This document shows, one piece after another, positions 46,096 through 60,172 of a DNA stretch of 64,000 nt. The stretch is from Thalia democratica. Its lineage: Eukaryota. The stretch is from the NCBI GenBank assembly GCA_965202585.1, contig OZ241832.1, positions 31,868,001 to 31,932,000 of the forward strand, read 5' to 3'. Every line of letters begins with the position of its first letter. The stretch's first letter is position 1. The notes under the pieces were generated by a model, which was not told where the DNA came from, did not search any database, and was given only the letters and a program-made list of their open reading frames with translations. A program made the position numbers and the translations under genes.

Positions 46096-49000
46096 CTTCT
46101 CCAAAAATTTTACGTAACATATAGCTTTTTGTTTAAAGTTTAAACCACAATTTTTTTTTATATAAAGAACTCTTAAATATGGAAAAAGATTCTGAAAAAC
46201 TGAGATTTTTGAATTTTTAGATTTTGCCTTCCATTAGGAACCTATTGAACTTTATGGCTTTGCTCTTTATATTTCAAGTGTCATAGCCCCTTTATACGTT
46301 TAAATCAAAGAAGGTTCAGTGTTCAAGTCCTCACAATATTTTAGCATAATATTAACAGTCTTAAGTTTCATTTCAACTCAACAAATCTCTTACTTTTGGC
46401 TAATTTGTTCCTTGCCCACCCACGGTCTTTCTCTAGTTCCATGAAAGACAAATCTTATTTCGGTTGGGCAAGGAACAAAGTAATAAAATCAATAACACAA
46501 AAACACTTAAACAGTTTGTATTAAAAAACTTTTCACGTATATGTACAACTTGAGTTAAAACTTTTTTTGTAAAAAACAAAGAAAGTCCCTAAACTGTATA
46601 TTATCAATTTGATTATAAGAAAGCAGTCAATATAGTTGATATGTTTGCTACCTCTCGTTTAGTTATGTGCTAGATACGTCAAAAGTGTCTGTACTAATGA
46701 ATACAGTTAAATAAAATTGTTATTATTTTCAAAAACCAACTGTAATCTACTAAATAAGATTTTTAGATTTGTAACTTGTAATATTTGAATAATATAATAT
46801 AGTTTTTAATGGTAAGTTTTAGATTTCACAGATAAGTACTAAAGTTTCAAAAACAAAAATTTAGTTTACTTTAAAAGTTCATAGTTAAAAAAAATATAAA
46901 TATACATATGTAATATGGATATGTTCAAGGTATTTTTTACAAAAATATAAAAATCTTACATTCAAAGTTTTTTTAGTATACTTTGTATTTTGAAGAAATA
47001 TTTTTAAGTTAATATTGCAAATAAAGATAGCAGGAAGTTAATAAATTTATTTTAAGTTACTATAAAAGTTTGATGAAAGTTTGGTAAAAAAATATGTTTA
47101 TTCTTAATTAAATATAATTTTATACACCCCATATTAATATTTACTAACAGTGTTTTATATACTTATTAATTTTAATAACAGTGTAACAGCTTTAATAACT
47201 TCAGTTGCAGATTAAATGCATTTTATAACACTTTATTTATTTTGTGCCCATTTACAAAAACAATTGATAGATTTTGCAGAAGTCCAGCTTTTTATTAGAT
47301 TACTAATTAGAGTTAAAAAAATTCTTATTAGTAAAGATTTGATTTTTATAAAGTAGTTATAAAAGTGTTTTTATCTTATTTATACAAAACAAAAACAAAT
47401 TTATTAGTCAAAAACTTTTTCTAAACTTAGTTAAAAAAACAATTTAAGTATTTTAATTACAAAAGCTTAATGTATTGTAAAAATTTAAAACTAAGTTGTA
47501 AATTTGTAAATATTATTTTTACTTTGTTTTAGTTTACATTTGTTTTTGATCATATTATACGCTTTATAACTTTTCCTGTTTATACTTACTAAGAGAATAC
47601 TCTAACAAATTAACTACCAGTATTTACAAAAAAAAACTTTACAGTATATGTATAACTATTAGTGTTTTTTGACACCAAATGTATACTATAAATGTTTATT
47701 TATGTTTATTAAACATACAGTAAATTTATACTTTTTAGTCAAAAAACAGACTAATAATTTACAAATATAGCTGCAATATGCTTGCAAATTTCAACTTTAC
47801 AAATTTTTTGATCTTATAAAATCATCATTCTCAGTAAAGAGTGATAAAAAAAGGGTTTTTACATATTTTCGAATGTTGTTGTGGAAAATATAACGACCAA
47901 CTCTTACAATAACAGTTGTAAGTTTTTATGTTATTCAACAACCTTAAACACATTCGTGCCGAATTTTAATCAACCGAACTGTTTATCAATTTAAGATAGA
48001 GCTTGAGTGTTTAATATGACATTTCATGATTGTACTTGGTTTGTTGTTTAAATTTTAATTGCAGATAATTTTTTCAACTTATACATGTTTTTATGCATTT
48101 GAAAATTGCTTTTTAAAAATTGAGTTTTTTATTTGAAGTTTTGTCTTACTATATTTTTTGTTTGTAAATAATTTTTGTTAAGTTAACAAACTAATAATTT
48201 AATAAAACAGTAATACGTTATCTTAACAAATAACTCGAGTTTAAAACTTTACAATAAGTATCAAAGAATACCGTAATTTTTTTTTTTTCTCAAAATTTTG
48301 ATTATATCAGCATAAAAAAACGAAAATAAATATTTTAAATGTACATAATAATTTTTTTTTGGTTCTTTAATCAACATTATTTAGCTATGCTTAAAAGCGA
48401 TTTATAAAAATGTTTCGACGAAATCAAAAAAAAAAGCTGTAAAAGTGAAAAATAAAAGTAGCATTTTATTTAGCAGTTTATTCACATAATTTCATAGTTT
48501 TGAAAACAAGCCTTAACAAAATAACTGTTAGAAATTATTGCGGTATGGTTATAACAGTGGCTGGAAACTAATCTGAAACTTTTATGGTTACTTGTTCAAA
48601 AATAATCATCAAAAGTTTACTAAACAATACGTTTTTTGTTTTGTAGTAAAGAATTTTGTATTATAATATAGTTTACGATTTCAAGGACTTTCTTAACATT
48701 TTTACCGCATTATTTTAATTTTTTTCCTACATTTATAAACTTGAAACTTGAGAATATCATGGTTTTACAAACTAACCTTAATTGCAAAGTAGTAAAATTA
48801 AGTGTTTTTTTAATCCAAGTAATTTAGAATATTTTTTAGATTAAGTTTAGCAGCGTAAATGTTAAAAATAAAACACAACTATTCTTTTGTAGAAAAAATA
48901 TGCCTGCCTAATGTAGAAGTTTTGCAATTTTGTTACGTGTTTGTTGTCTTGTTTTATAGTCTACTTTTGGCAATTTTCTAGAGGTTTAATGCTTAACACG

Positions 49001-51177
49001 TTAAAGTTTGTTTAAAACAGTCTTACCTGTGTATATCCATACAGACTTATTCGGTCTAGTTAAAATTTATTATTTTTTTAAAAAGAAATAAATAAAGTGC
49101 ACTAAATCACATTTTATTTAGAAAACTAATACACCGACGAAAATAAATTTTGAATCTATAAACTTATACTAGTTATGATAAAATATATTAAGTTGTGCAA
49201 AAGCTTTTACTTACATCGTCTAAAAAGTTTCGGATACTTACATATTTTTTATACTTACATATATATTTTAGATACATATCCTGTCCATTTGAAAACTTTT
49301 CATTCTTTCACCTTATGTTTACTTATATTATAATTTTTTTTGATAAAGCTTTTGTGGATTTACTGCTTGAATTTAAATTTTTATGCGACCATAATTTACA
49401 AAAAACGTTTAAACTTATTTAAAAGACACATAAAAAATGTCACAGTATACTTAAAATCTTTCATACTAAAATATACTTTTAAAATAGAAATTAATGGTAA
49501 AATAAAAGTTTGAAATTTCACGAATTCTGATAAGAATTTTCATTGTAAGCTAATCTGTTTTTTATAGTTTTCTAACTAGTTTTTTTTCAATTTTTTGGCA
49601 TTTCGTTAAAAATAAAACTTAGATGACTTTTAATCATTTTTGACAAGAAATTAAATTTGTAAGGCTTTAAGAAAATAACATGAAAAGTATTCCTTCAACA
49701 TTTCAGTTTGAATAATTTAAGTTCTTTTTTTAATGATTGTCTTTTCTAAATTATGAAACGAACAATTAATTAAAAAAAAAACTGCTTTTAAAAAGTTATT
49801 ACTACTCACAAGTGACGTTAAAATATATCTAGATAGCTCAAATTTTAAGCTTTAAATATTTGAAGTTCTTTTACAGGAAATTATTGAAAAAACAAATTTT
49901 AGTTTTGGTCGTAACCTTTTAAAAATTATACTACGTAAGACTGAAACATTGCTAGCAGTAATGGTTTTTGTTTTTTGTGCTTCTAATGGCTTTAAACATT
50001 TGTTTTTCTAAAAGGCTTTAAGTTAAAAACTACCAATAACTACTTGCTTAGTTTATATCAAAAGTATAAAATTAGCTTTTTAAACAATAGATGACTAAAG
50101 TGTTAAATAGAATTTCTTAAAGCTTGCCCTACTAAATAACAAAAATGTTATACCTGTACAAATAATTAATTTATTTTAGTTTGTTATCATAATAAAGATT
50201 ACTGTCATATTAAGCAAGAAAAAGAAGCCTTGCAATGATATATTGTGGTTTAGACATAACAGTTACAACAGTGTGATCCAATATTTATATAATTGTACCT
50301 TTGAAAGTTGTCTTCAGTTTAAGAAGTATTGAAGGTTCTTTTTAACTGTTAAATAGCTTAAATAGGGTAAATAAAAGATGTTACTAAAAATATCTAAAGC
50401 TATCTTAGTGGTTAGAACTTTTTAAGTGCTTTTAAGTAGAACAATAGAATTATAAATACTTAATACATTCGTTATTTCCGAATACTGTTATAACATTTGT
50501 GAAACATATTTAATAAACCAAAAATATGATAAAACTTAAGTTTCTTTTTAATGAAAAAAAATTTAAGCAATCAAAGTTATTTTACGGAAGTCTTATTTCA
50601 CAGTTTGACCAACAGAGAGTTCTGCAATAATATTTTAAGTTTTTAATGTTTTTTAAGTTCTATACTCAATGTTTATGTATAAGCATGTATAAAACAGAAT
50701 ATACAGTCTGTTGAAATTTAGTTACATTAAAATTTGCCGAATTAGTTGTCGAACAAAGGTAGACAAAATAATGTTTTTTTAACTGCAATGTTTCTTAAAA
50801 TGTTTAATTTTTAGATTGTATGTAATTGCACATACAGCTTACATACAAAAAGTTTTTATTTTTTAATATGCGTTACGTATACATTTTTGATGTTTTAAAC
50901 GGTAACTATAAATTATAGTTTTTTATACTTGAAACTTTTATAATATACACTACTATTATATGTTTTCGTTCTAAGAAAACAAATAGAGAGATCTCAACTA
51001 CTGGAGGAGAAATACTGGACGAGTTCTTTGACCAAAACTTAGTTTTAAAAATAAATTCTTGAAAGAACAAATTCATAACATACATTACTATTAACTTTTC
51101 GTATTTTGATACTGTTTTCTTTACTAATGTAAAAGCATATCTGAAAAACTTTATTGTATGTTTTATTAAACAAAAGT

Positions 51178-51570
51178 TGGAACAGGTCAAAACCGCACAA
51201 TTACAAAACTGCACGAGGGCACAAAGTTGTACGAAGATACTTTTGTATGAAGACAAATTTGCACAACAGGATAAAATTGCACGAAGAAAAATTTGCACCA
51301 AGAGTCAATTTTGCACGAGTTACAACTTTTTCTGCACGCAGGGTAATTTTTGCAAGAGAGTAAAAAAAAAGCTAAAAAAAAAAAAATTAAAATATAAATT
51401 GATAGAAAAACAAAACGTTACTGACCGAAGGTAAGGTTTAGTTTAGGAGTAACAGTGATAGTAAAAAAAGAAACTATTATTAGAAAAAACAAGAAAATAA
51501 ATAAAAATAAACTAATTACTAAGAAAAAATAAAGCTACCGACCGAGGGTAAGGTTTAGGGGTAACATTGT
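51178..51570. mobile_element. Partial MITE, 'TGCACGA' family
   Basis: tgcacga array 51180-51340 and two ACCGA..GGTAAGG..TTAGG cores; ORFs here are not credible. Confidence 0.7.
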
Positions 51571-53177
51571 TAGTAAAATTAAAATTGATAAAAATATTTT
51601 TGTTGATTAAATTAGCCCAAAGCCTTGCTTAAGTATAATACGTTACAGTAAAATTACATACAAGTAAAAATATCAATTAAGTTTTATTTTGCAATACTTT
51701 TTCCCTAGTGCTAATAAAAAAATCTTTTTATGTGGTTTAAGTCGTGACAAGATATAGCAAACGTAACATTTTAGCTTTAAAGTTTTAATTTTCATTTTAA
51801 TTTTTGAATTACAGGTTAAGCTCACATCAAAAAATAACTTACGTATTTTTTGAAATTACACCTATGTTTTTGGAAATAAAAAGTATATTTTGTACATGTT
51901 TATTTGGTGTAAAACTATAGTATAAACTTCATTTACATTTTTTAAGCATAAATTAGTTTTCTTAATCTCTATTTTATAATTTACTTCGTATTAACCTAAA
52001 TATATGCTAAAAACTATTTACAAAAACAACTTAACCAACTTATTTAACTCAATAAATACGGATGTACGCCAAATATACGAAGTGTAGAGACTTTTTAAAA
52101 CAAAGTAGCGTTTTTATTATGAATGGAACTAGTTATACATATTATTTTTATAATAATATTGTTTATTAAACGATAAAAAAAGTGCTCAAAAAGTTTGGTC
52201 TAAGGACCTAGTGTACAAATAAACCTTTCGGTAATCGAGTCGTACACCACATGCGTATAAAGTTTCTTACGAGCTATTACACATATTTTTTTATACATTT
52301 AAATATTTTAATCTTTAGTAAAAAAACAATCAGTTAAACGAAGTTCAATTAATTATAAGTTATATATTAGTTATAAGTGCAATTAGTTATAAACCATTAT
52401 AAGAAAATAAAGATTTTTTGTGAATTGGAACTACCGCAATTACTTATTGTTAAATGGTATATCATATGGCTCTGCTATAAAATTTTTGTCATTGATGTTG
52501 TTTAAGAACTTAAGTAGTACAGATAAGTATAAAATATTAAAGTAAATAAGCATACGTTTAACAAAAGTTTAAAAGAGTTCTTAGTTCAATTTCTTTTTTT
52601 TTGGTGTTTTAAAATCATTAAAGCTTTTTTTTTGTAGGACTTATCTAAATTTAAGACAATCTGTTTTCATGCAAAATTAAATTGCAGTAGTAGTTGAAAC
52701 TAGGCTATAAAATATTTAAGTAAAGACATTCAACAACAAAGCATCACTTAAATTTTTATGTTAAAGTAAGTCAAACTTTTTGAATATTTCTTAATTACTT
52801 ATAAATCAATGTTGTTTGCTGTTAAGTTACATTTGTAAGCTATATTTTATACTATGTCTTAAACTGATATTTTCTTTATGTGTAACAATCTTTTACTTAT
52901 AACCGAAAAAAAGTAGTTCTTCATGGCATTTCTTATTCTTTGAGTTTACATTTTTAAAGATTGTACTAAAAATATTATTTACACATTATAAATATCTTGT
53001 AAAATGTCTTATGTACCGAAACATTTAAATTATCAAATGCTGGAATAAATCAAATATAAGGGCGAAGATAGTATAAAAACAAAAGCACGCCGATTACAAA
53101 CTTTGTTTATAATTGCAACATTTAAAACAGCTATTGCAACTATAACTTTCAAAGTAGACTTAAATTACTTAAAAATG

Positions 53178-53770
53178 GTAGGACCCTAATATGCATGAAG
53201 GGTCACTTTTGCACTAATGGACATTTTTGCAAGGGTTGAACATTTTTTTAATTTTTTTTAAAAGTTTTTTATTTTAATTTTTCATTTATCTTATATTTCA
53301 TATCACTGTTACCTCAACCCTTACCCTCGGTTAGTAACTTTTTTTGTTCTTTTTTTTTAATAAGTTTACTTTTTGTTTATCAATAATTTTTATTTGTTAT
53401 TTTGTCTTTTTTATTTTTCTATCTTTGTTACCTCTAACCCTTTACCTTCGGTCGGTAACTAGTTTTTATTCTTTTTTGTTTTTTCTATTAATTATTTAAT
53501 TTTTATTTTTGTCTTTTTATTATTAATTTTTATTTAATTTTTTATTTTTTTATTTTTACTGTCATTGTTACCCCTAACCCTTACGCTCGGTCAAAAAGTT
53601 ATTTAACCTTCCTTATTGTACTTTATTAATTTTTATTCTAATCTATATTTTAGTTTTTTTTTTACAATATATTTTTTTGATTTTTATATATTACTTTCGT
53701 GCATAAGTGACACTCCGTGCAAAAATATCTTTGCGCAAATTTTTCCCTTCGTGCATATTTAAATCGTTCT
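53178..53770. mobile_element. MITE, 'TGCACGA' family
   Basis: taatatgcatgaagggtcacttttgcac ... cccttcgtgcatattta; three internal cores. Confidence 0.75.
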
Positions 53771-56700
53771 CCTTGATAAACCTACTAAAATTTTATTACT
53801 TTGTGAATACTTATACTTATTATAACATTTAAGTTTAAAAAAAATTAAGTACATTTTAGTCAATTTTTTAGTTTATTTCATAATACTTATAATGAGAAAA
53901 ATTAAAAAAGAAGTCTGTTTTTGTTAATTCTATTAATAAAAACTTTCTCTCTTACTTAACAATAGTAAGCTATATGTACGATGAAACATAAATCAAAGGA
54001 AGAAATTTAAACAAGTAAGATTTGAGTGTAAAATAAAACAATATTAAAACTTTTATTTTAAAGTACCTTCACTCATTTTTGAGCTACATTGTTTATATTT
54101 TGAATATTTTCACAAAATTTTCCGTGTTATTTCAAAGCAATCAGCTATACGTACAGCGGTTTAAACAATAAAACTTGTGAAAATTGAAATAAAGCTTTGA
54201 CATTTATTTTAAAAAACATTCATTCACGTAATTGGTACATTGGTTGTTTTTTGATTATAGATAATTTTCTTACAATAAATTCGTGTTTTTATATATTACT
54301 ATAATGTTGTGTTATGTAACTTTGAAGTTTTAGTTTTGTTTTAAAGTTTTAAAATTTTAATTAAAGTACTTTTACTCTTAAAAATGTAGTTTTTAAAAAT
54401 AAAACTTTATTATCAAACCTTTGTCTTGTCAAATTTAAATATTTGTATTAAAAATTTTGTTCAATTAACGTTATGCAAAAAGCATTTATCCAATGATAGA
54501 TAAATCGTAAAAGTAGTTGTATACTCTGAATACATTCTTAATTAAAAACCTCTACAAATAACTTTTGATGTTGAGTATGTTGCAAATTAACCAGTTTCAG
54601 TTTGCACTGATTGTTTTTATGTTTTGTACGAAAGATGATCTGATACGTTAAGAAAGCTTTTTTATCAAAAAAGTATAATAAAGTTTAAAGTATAACACTG
54701 TAGATTTAAATAAAATACATATAATTTCTGTAACTAAAAAAAACTTTTTACAGAAACGAAAAAAGTCAAAATATTTAGAACAACAGTTATTGTGGCTTCC
54801 ATGACGTTTTAAACTTGCTTTAAGCAGTTTTTTAGACTGGCATTGTGTTAAACTTACATGACCACTTACCATCTGCTTTGTTTTTATGAAAACACGAAAA
54901 GAAACACCCTTAAACAATGGTTAAAAAATATCGAAAAACAAAAATTTTTTTTATAATTAATTAAGAGTGTCAATTTATATTGAGTTTTAAAATTTCATTA
55001 AAAAAATTCAAATGGTGTTAGTTATATTTTTACAAAACTAATTGTTTTACATTCAAAGCTATTTTTAACCTGCTCGTTCTTAGTTGTATAGTTTGGAATA
55101 TATAGTCGTGTGCAAAATCAGAAACTTTTTTTTTGTACCTCTAAGTTATATTGCAAAGTGCCGTAGTTTTCAATACAACTAATTTTTAACTATAAAATAA
55201 AAGAAGCTTTAATATTTGTTGTGCCTCTAACTTATAGTTCAAAATGCCGTAATTTTCTAATCATTTTACAACTAATTTTCAACTTAAAAGCACAAATTTT
55301 TTTAACTTGTAACTTGTGTTATTTGAAACTTTTTTACTAAACTACAACACTATTACCTGTTTTAAAAATGTATTTTGATGATGTAAAATTTTTTGGAGCG
55401 CTTTTGCTACTTAGTTTAAAACATGAACAATTAAGTTTCAAAGTTTTAATAAGCATGATATTTCTTGAAATTAAAGTTAATCTGTATTAAAAATAAAGTA
55501 TAAAACATTTAAATTTTCAATTTATTCGTAGACTTGCTTTATCTTCCTAAACTTCCATACTAAATTGAATTTTGTTTTATGCTTAATAAATCACATAAAA
55601 CTTTTCCAAGAACAAACAAACTTAGAAAATGTAATTAATTGTTACTAAGCTTAATTCTACAAAGAAATTACCATTAAAAGTTTCATTTAAGCACTATAGT
55701 TTAAATATTTTTTTTCAACCAAAAAGGTTTTTTATGTAACAAAATAGTAATTCTCTAAGATAATAATTCAATTTGTTGGTAAAATTATAAGTTTATATAA
55801 CTTTATATCTTTTCGTTAATTGAATTTTTTCTAGTCTACATAATTTTTTTTTTAATTTTTTAAGAATACATAAAACTTCATAGTTTAGTATAGTTTAACT
55901 TTTTAATTGGTCATTTGTACAATTTTATTCGAAACTGTTAGAATAAATTGAAACTAATGCTAATTAACTACATAATCATAATTTATTTAAGTTTTGAAAG
56001 TACAATTATTAAGATGTAGTAGCATCTTAAATTTATGTAAAAATATCATTAATGATATGAAGTACTTATGTTTTATATACTAAATAGTTTTTATCTAATC
56101 AATTGGTTTTTGAGCAACTAATAATTTAGAATTTTAAACTTAAATAAGAAATAATGTTGACTGATTCAATTTTAGTAGGGTCTTTAAAGTAATTTTCAAA
56201 TAAAAAAGACACGTTTTGAATCTTGAAGAGTCACTACTATAAATTAAAAGCTTGATGACGACTAAAGTGTTTTTATTAAGACATTGAAGTAGTTCTGTTT
56301 TAAATTTGTTAAACTTTTGTTGGTTTTTGAATAGAGTTTAGATAAATACTTTACAATCACAAAAAAAAAACTATTATAAAAAGTGTTTTCCAAAAGAAAT
56401 TTATTCAGCAACAACTTTACTCAATAATTAATTTACACTTTTGATGTTTTTTAATCAACCGATATAGCCACTTTTTTAATGTTTTTAATTAGATAAAGTA
56501 TTTTCTATATTGATAACTTGCATTTATTAAACGTTAAAGTTTAAAAACATTAAATAAAAAACAAAAATTACGAAGTTTAATTTTTTAAACAGCCTTTTAA
56601 AGAAGAGATAGGAAATATTTAAAATATATATTACTTTTTTTTTATAAAGCTTGTACAAAAAATTAATACTGACTATGTTATAACAAAACTTTTCTGTTTT

Positions 56701-57946
56701 ACTATAAGTTTTAGGTAGAAAAGTATAAAATCATTAGTTATAAATTATAAAAAAATAAAAAGAAATATTTTGAAGAATGTTGTACAATTTAACGTCTTTT
56801 TCAATTCGATTTAAACATTTCACTTACGTAATGTTTATGTAATTTTTTCAAGTCGAACTTTAGTTTCACTTGCTTGATTGTATTAGCTTAGTCAACCAAA
56901 ATATGTAAAACCAAAGCATTAGTTGACCCTTAAGTGTTGCTTTAAATATTTTTTAGCAGTTATTTATACGATAGATTTTTTGTTCTATATTTATATGACT
57001 ACTAATTATCAAATGTTAAAAAACTTAAAACATCAAAAGAAACATTTTCATATTTTTTTATAATAATTTATAACAAACTATAGTTAAGCAATAATCAATA
57101 TATAAAACAGATTTTCTTTATAAAAAATTACATTAACATTATTTATAATATTTTTGAGCTCTTAATGACAAAAAGTTTCAAATTACAACTTTTTGAATTG
57201 TTTTATGGATAAGTGTTAAAACTCTTTATAAATATATAAAAGTTATTACAAACTAGTCTGAGGTTTTACAGCTTTCTTATGTGATATAAAATTGGAAGGT
57301 TTAGTTATTGTAAATTTTTAGAAATATCTATTTTTTGTTTTCACTTATACGAATAAAATTCATAAAGATTTTGGTATAATATTTCCAAAACTTCCTCAGC
57401 ATAAAAGAATATATTTTATTAAAAAAAAAAACATATATTTCTATATTTATTAAAAATGCTGATGTTTTTTAAATCAACTATAATCACGTAAAATGAAATA
57501 TTTCTTAAAATTAGTATTAATGTAGCTAGTAAAACATATCAATATGTTAAAAGCAGAATGTAGGTAGTTAATGTTACTCTTATCTAATATAATATTGTAA
57601 TAAAACAAATATTGTTTGAAAGCAGAAATAATTTATGTTCTGAATTTTAAAAAACAGGTCATTTAAAAAAATAAAATTTTTCCTTCTAAAAAGAAAACTT
57701 AAGATATAAAGTATGTAAAATTTATCTAAAGCAGTTTGTATAAAACCAGCAAATTTATTCTATCATTTAAAACTTTATTTACAAGTGAAGAATAAACAAG
57801 CAATTTTTTTATATTAAAATTCTTCTGAACTTATTATAAAACAGTTTTAAAAAGTTTGATATACTTTTATAACCAGATAAATGTAAAAGTACTTATGTGT
57901 GCAAGGAAGTTTATTGAATACTAAAAAAGCAAACATGTTATAAAAG

Positions 57947-58147
57947 GGACACGTTCAAAATCCACCCGCGATCAAAATCCACCCAGTCAAATTTGAGAAC
58001 CGCTTACCGATCGATGGTATGGGTTAGGGGTAACAGTGATAGTGAAAAAAAAATATAAAAAAAATAATGAAAAAATTCATAAAAACATATAAAATTAATT
58101 AATAGATAAAGAAAAAATTGGGTGGATTTTGAATGCGGGTTGATTTT
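57947..58147. mobile_element. Small MITE with AATCCACCC inverted repeats and the same internal core
   Basis: tcaaaatccaccc / gggtggattttga; accgatcgatggtatgggttaggggtaacagtgatagt. Confidence 0.6.
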
Positions 58148-60172
58148 AATAGTATAACGTTATAAAAAAAAACATATGCTGTTAGAAATTATTTAATTCA
58201 ACATATTCAAGTTTATATGTAGACTGTTAGGTAACAAAGTTTCATAACGCTCAAATAGTAAATAAAACTATTTGCTAAATTTAACTTTTTAATACAAAAA
58301 TTTGTATAAAGCCACCATGAGTGTCAAATCTTTAGTAAACTCATTTTTAATCCATTCTGTAGTGACTTTTACATAATACATATAAGCTAATATGTATTTT
58401 GGAATAAGTTATGTAAACTGCTAATTTATCTTGTTTTGTATTTTACGATATATTAAGTGTTAGGCAAAAAAGTTTCATAAATTAGCTTGTTGAGATAGTT
58501 TTAAATTTATTTTAAATTAAGTTCCAGGATTCTTTATAATAAAAAAATATTTAATGTATATTTTTAAGAGATTTTGAATCTAATTATATAATTTGTTTGT
58601 AAAATTGCAATTCAATGTAAATACTCATAAAATAAACATTTCTTTGTTAAAATATCGCTTAAGAAAAAAAACATTAAGCTGGTAAAACCTTGTATTTAAC
58701 GTTTATAATTTTTTTATAGAAGTAAAATCTTACTTTTTTTTCTATACAAAGTTTTCATACCGGAACTTTGAAAGTGCTTTTGTTGTTATGTCAGAGTAAT
58801 ACTTAGTCATAATATCTGTTTTGATTAAACAAAACATTATTATTGAAGCACATAATAGAAACAATTCAAAAGTTTTAAGTATTTAAATTAAAACATAAAG
58901 CTATGGTTTAGTTACAGTTTTAAACCGGTAAAGTTTGACATATTAAAATAGTTTATACTGTTTCAAGTTAAAAAATACTTAAAAACGAGATTATTCTGTT
59001 ACAAAAACAATTATCAAAAAAGTTACAAAGACACAATAACAAATAAGTCAAGTAAAAACGTAATTGATTTAAATGTAAATACATTAAAATTAGTCTTATA
59101 GAAGCCTATTCATCATCCAAAAAACTTTTAAATAAATTTAAATTATTTTTCAATAAAATTTTAACTAAAGTACATCTATATTTAAAGCAAAAACAACGTT
59201 GCTAGTATTAACTCAATTGTCAAATCGAAATAATAAGTAGTTTAGGTTGAAAGTAATTTTATTCATATTTAAACATTTTAGAAAAGTTTTATGCACACCT
59301 TTTCTAGTATCTAATAGACATGAAATAACATAAAATCTGTTCTTTACTTCTTAAACTACAAAACTTTATTTTAATAATAGACTTACAACTATACCCAGCT
59401 ACTACAGTTTCATAAACTTTCACATAAACAACATTTTACAAAACTTTTAGCAGAAACATTTAGATAGATTATTAACATTTTTAATAGTAACTTAAAGTTT
59501 TTTTTTTGGACGACTGTTTTTTTATATATGTGTATATACTTTTAAACGAACTTTGTTCACCATAAAAAACTAAACATTTATCCCGTATATGGTTTCAGAA
59601 ATTGTTGTAAAACACATATCAATCAATTGATTACTTTAGCTTCAACAATTGTCGTGTATTACAAGATAATTTTCAATAAGAATACGTTCTAACATTTAAA
59701 CAACCAATTTTTGAATGTAAGACAAAAAAGTATAAACATTTTAAAGCACGTTTAACGTACGTATTAGATACAATGTTTACATTTTGATTGCACATATTGT
59801 TGTTTCAACGTATGCACGTTTATTATGTAAACTAATGTTATATTATACAATATTATGTTAATAAACTTGTTTCAGAGCATTGTGCAACTTGATCGATTAT
59901 ATTTTCCCTTGGATTTTAACTTATGTAAGCTTTGATAATAAAAATACCATTTTTTTAATGATTCGGTAAAAAATGTTAGTAAATACTCTTGTTACCTAGT
60001 ACTTTTTTCTAAAAAATGTAAGGAAAAGATTGTTATTTAAAGTTTTTAAGAAAATAGTTAGCTCTTATTCTAATAAGTCTTTAATAACTCGACACACAAA
60101 CACTTAAAAAATTTTTTGCAATCAAATGTTTCTTCAAATTTTGTAAACTGATTTACTTCTGCTTTTCTAAAT

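Noticed and set aside
51154-51434. ORFs with apparent repeats (51154, 51177, 50906)
   Set aside because: Translation of the TGCACGA MITE terminal array
44510-60100. Short AT-rich ORFs of 60-130 aa (also 13872-16222, 22415-27494, 37340-38670)
   Set aside because: F/L/I/K/N composition expected from ~80% AT DNA; no motifs or splice-phase support
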